A DNA stretch of 63,671 nucleotides, counting the filler, from Polymyxa betae A26-41 (Eukaryota; Protista; Endomyxa: Phytomyxea): the NCBI GenBank assembly GCA_003693705.1. It is 6 parts of 6 records of this genome, joined end to end, with 100 filler letters (N's around TTAATTAATTAA, not from the genome) between each part and the next. Parts side by side here need not be neighbours in the genome. Positions count along the whole stretch, not along the records: positions 60,217 to 63,671 come from RBZT01000675.1; 5 more parts are not named here. One strand, written 5' to 3'. The notes under the pieces are model-generated. The model saw only the letters and a program-made list of their open reading frames with translations, was not told the origin of the DNA and searched no databases. A program made the position numbers and the translations under genes. Positions 60,217 to 63,671 of the stretch are shown here, in pieces. Each line of letters starts with the position of its first letter. Position 1 is the stretch's first letter.

Positions 60217-61533
60217 CCCGCAAGGGTTCGAATAGCTTCTCGGGGCAGACTGGTTAAATAGCAGTTTTCCATAGCTTGTTTATTCCACCGTCCCAGGCGT
60301 CGTATCTGGTCTTCGGAAGCTCCTGCCAGTTCAGCCATCCGAGCACCCGAGCCCCTAGCTGCGTGTGTTTTGGCTTTTGAAGCAAGACCAATTTGCTGAA
60401 AAGCCGAATCAATGGATGCTTTGTGAGTCTTATAATCGATCGACTTTGTCGGATCTTTACCACTTTTCAGAAATTTCATTTCAAACCAATCCCGGCTTGT
60501 AACGAAACTAGGGAAAGCCTCGTTCTCAATGTGGAAACGCCAAAAAAGATAAAAGGCACAAACCCCGAACGGACAGATCCGAACCTCCTTCGATCTTATA
60601 AAAGCACCAAAGTCGTTGCGGCCAAACTGGTTCATCTTTCCTTGACGTAATACAAATACGCAGGCATAGCATTGCGAAATGCCTTCGTTCTCCAGCAAAA
60701 CGGAATGCATATCAGAGAGATCCAACTGTCTAACAGTCTCGCCTCGAAGCAGAGCGTAATGTGAAACAAAAAACGCGCATAGATTTCTAAGATGTTGTCC
60801 CTGATCTCTCGTCTTCGACCAGAACGCATGAGCAATTTTTGTTGGAAGCACCGGCGCATTGGCCACGGACAAAGGCAAGGGCACTTCACCTGCAGCCAGT
60901 TCCTCCTCTCCTGAGACAACTGCGCGCATGAACTAGCCTAGCCTAGTTGGAAATGCAAGTAGTCCCCTTCTTATCAAATATACAATCATTCCGTTATTGT
61001 CCCCATCTGAGAGTTTGTCATCTTTCGTAGACTCGCGCCTCAACAATTTTTACTATTTGCTCGGCTGTGGTGTATCCGTCAATCAGTGTTCCGATCCCAC
61101 GATCGACAAAATTGACTCTCCGATGATGCTGTGTTTCATATTCCGTGTTCTTAAGCAGAAGCTTAACGTTTGAGTCTCTAGGATTGGGATGCGAATTCAT
61201 TCCCATTGCGACCTGTTGGCGCCACAGATCGACAACAGCAGCTGTGTAACCGTACACAGTTGATTTTCCAACTTGTCTAGGAGTGATATTGCCGTCCCGT
61301 AGACGTTTCTTCGATGCCCTTCCGATCACTTGTTGTTCCAGGAAAAGATGAAGCTTATCTCCTCTAACAGTTGCACCGTCAGCAAAGCTGTTCTGGAAGC
61401 ACCATTGCCTGAAATCATCCTGACGAGCGGAGTATGCTTTGGAAGTGCTATGAGGCCGAATATCGATGCTTCGAGAATGTGTTCTAAGAATGGATTCTTG
61501 CATCACGACGGTCATCAAAGCGGTTGGATTCAT
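60217..61533 (-). mobile_element. Crypton-like tyrosine recombinase, copy 2 (interrupted by a solo LTR, truncated at the gap)
   Basis: AYSARQDDFRQWC, AVVDLWRQQ, DRGIGTLIDGY, LLRGE, QGKMNQFG, HAARG, LGRW and CYLTSLP. Removing 60840-61050 restores the frame. Confidence 0.9.
60840..61045. mobile_element. Solo LTR (206 bp)
   Basis: TGTTG...CAACA termini with a 5-bp ATTTT TSD (60835-60839 and 61046-61050). Confidence 0.9.
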
Positions 61534-62083
61534 AGCACTAGCTACCTCCTGGCACAAAGACCCTTCAGAAGGCGATGTACAGCTGGTTGTCATCAGGCGG
61601 CAGCACAGCTGGTCCGGTAACCCAAATAAGGCAGCCAAGGCAGACAAGGAACAAGCTGTGGAGACCACAAGGACCAATCTCCCAAATAACTTGTCGTTAA
61701 GAGAGGACCTGGACCCAGGTCCCACGCAATTCTAGGACCTGAATGAAATAATAAAGTGCGTGCCCTGAAGCGCTCCGCTCCATTAGATTTTAGAATGACC
61801 ATTTCTCCCATGTCTAATTCAGTGATAAGCTGGAGTACCTCAGGCCTTATGCTATGGATACAGCACCGCCCGTTGAATCTCAACAAACTAGTCGCATCCA
61901 ATCCAATCATCCCATGTCTAAACGAAAAAAGCAAGTCTTTAGCATTGCAGGCATGCACAATTTCACAGCAACTGTCTATCGCAGCCAGGCATTTATCCTC
62001 GGCTTACTCAGGGATAAGTTCATGGTAGTGGACTCGATCTTTTATTTTTGAAATTTAGGGATTTTCCATAATGTCAGCTAGGA

Positions 62084-63671
62084 TCACGACAAAGAATCAG
62101 TATTCTTTGAGAGCCAATCCAACGATTTGTTTTTCGTCTGGCGAATCCGCTCAATAATACAATCAGCAGAACAGCAATTGTCTACAGTGACACCCCCTGG
62201 CATGGATCCTGCAAGGGTTTCTATAGCTTCGATAATCTTTTTTCTCCTGTTATAAAAACGTCTCTCATTGGCTTCGCACCATTTCGAGCCCCATTTACGT
62301 TCCAAATCTCTTACTGCTGTCCATTCTTTCCAGAGTTCAGGTACAGATTGGATTCCTCGGGCCATTTTGTAATTCGATGGCATCGTGGAAAGAGGAACAG
62401 GTTCGCGATCGACATCCACGGCGTTAAAAGACGGACCTTGGACAGCATTTTCAAGGGTTACTCTTGACCCGAAGTCAGCGTTCAGAGAAATCGAAACCTT
62501 TCCTGAGAAAACGTCTGAAATTTGCCCTTGTAAACTGTATAGGCATTGTGCCAGTGGCCCAACAGCAGTCAGTATCGTAGCTTTCAAATCAGAATGCACA
62601 GCGCTGAGCTTTTCTGATAACATCGGCATCGCTCTCTGTAAAAGACTCTCGGTTGGATCAGAATCCGTGGACATGGTTCGACGTAGATCCTGTTCAAATT
62701 GACAATACGTCTCTGTCGAAAAAATACTGTGCTTCCATACTGGATGATCAGGATGCTCGACTCTGAGCATAACCGAGTCTTGGAGAAATACTGTCCGAAG
62801 CAGTTTCAGGAGATCTAAGAAACCTCTGGCAGCAATTGAATGTTGGTAACTACCATCGGACAGCTTTCGCAGGATTCCTTCGATCTGAGGAAAGATCATG
62901 CCTTTCAAGTTCACAGGAGGATCTATAGCAGCGCGGCTCAAATAAAGGCTGCCGCGTTGTGGAGGAAAACCAGCCAGTGTTCGCATAGCTTCACGAGGCA
63001 GGCTCGTTAGATAACAATTATCGAGCGCCTGATTGTTCCAGCGTCCTAGCCGCCGTATCTGGTCCTCAGAGGCCCCGGCAAGTTCTGCCATTCTTGCAGC
63101 TGACCCTCGCCCAGCATGCGTTTTGGCCTTGCAAAAAAGACCGATTTCTTTGAATACAGATTCAATAGAAGACTTATGCATCCTGTAATCAAGTGCTTTC
63201 GTAGGATTGGACCCGCTTTTCAATAGCTTCAAGTTAAACCAGCGTTCGCTGGTTTCGAAGCAGGGAAAAGGTTCACATTCAACATGAAAGCGCCAGAACA
63301 AGTAGATGGCTATTGATCCAAAAGGGCATATCCTGACGTCTTTACTTCTCATGAAAGCGCCGAATTCATTTCTTCCAAATTGATTGGTCTTTCCTTGACG
63401 CAGCACAAAAACAAGGGCGTGACATGGACTGAGACCTTCATTCTCTAAGAGAACAGAATGCATGTCTGAAAATTCCAGTTGTCTGACAGATTCGCCTCGA
63501 AGTAATGCATAATGGGATATAAAGAACGCCGTCATATTACGAAGATTTGGCCCAAAATCCCTGGATTTTTGCCAATACATTCTGCGATTTTGACCATTTG
63601 CTCCAATGTTGTATAACCGTCGATTAGAGTGCCTACACCGCGATCATTAAAATTATTTCTTCGATTTTGGT
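62084..63671 (-). mobile_element. Crypton (CryptonF-like) tyrosine recombinase with NDC10-II-like and GCR1_C domains, copy 1; runs off the window
   Basis: Open frame with R (LLRGE), K (QGKTNQ), HAGR, LGRW and Y (NCYL). C-terminal YKMARGIQSVPELWKEW..LERKWGSKW..RRFYNRRKKII. Confidence 0.92.

Noticed and set aside
1-63671. Fanzor/TnpB RuvC nuclease, tRNA or rRNA genes
   Set aside because: No RuvC-I/II/III plus zinc-finger pattern and no full cloverleaf or rRNA-like sequence were recognised by eye.

Overview
Eukaryotic scaffold rich in transposable elements, with short GT-AG introns carrying CTRAY branch sites and scattered TTAGGG/TTTAGGG motifs. It consists of six contigs joined by 100-nt N gaps with a TTAATTAATTAA spacer. 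The TE set and secreted orphan genes suggest a plant-associated protist or oomycete-like microbe (inference). 1-22 kb is a nested TE pile: an apparently intact PIF/Harbinger element (TIRs plus TAA TSD), hAT, copia and gypsy remnants, and a hAT inserted in a gypsy RT. It also holds a TTAA-flanked piggyBac-type element, inserted in a gypsy gag, whose transposase carries a YqaJ/lambda-exonuclease-like domain plus a SAP motif between its 2nd and 3rd catalytic Asp. 22-46 kb holds host genes (secreted orphans, a DUF1399-like/ubiquitin fusion ending RGC, a SUEL-lectin membrane protein, a frameshifted ABCA), a chromovirus remnant and a plant-type mariner. 46-50 kb has a MITE and a pogo. Contig 50254-60116 has an exact 21-nt direct repeat at both ends, and a spliced gene reads across that junction, so it looks like a ~9.84-kb circular or tandem unit. 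That unit also carries a secreted protein with several EAR (LxLxL) motifs. The window ends with two head-to-tail Crypton tyrosine-recombinase elements. All calls come from manual reading; no database searches were run.
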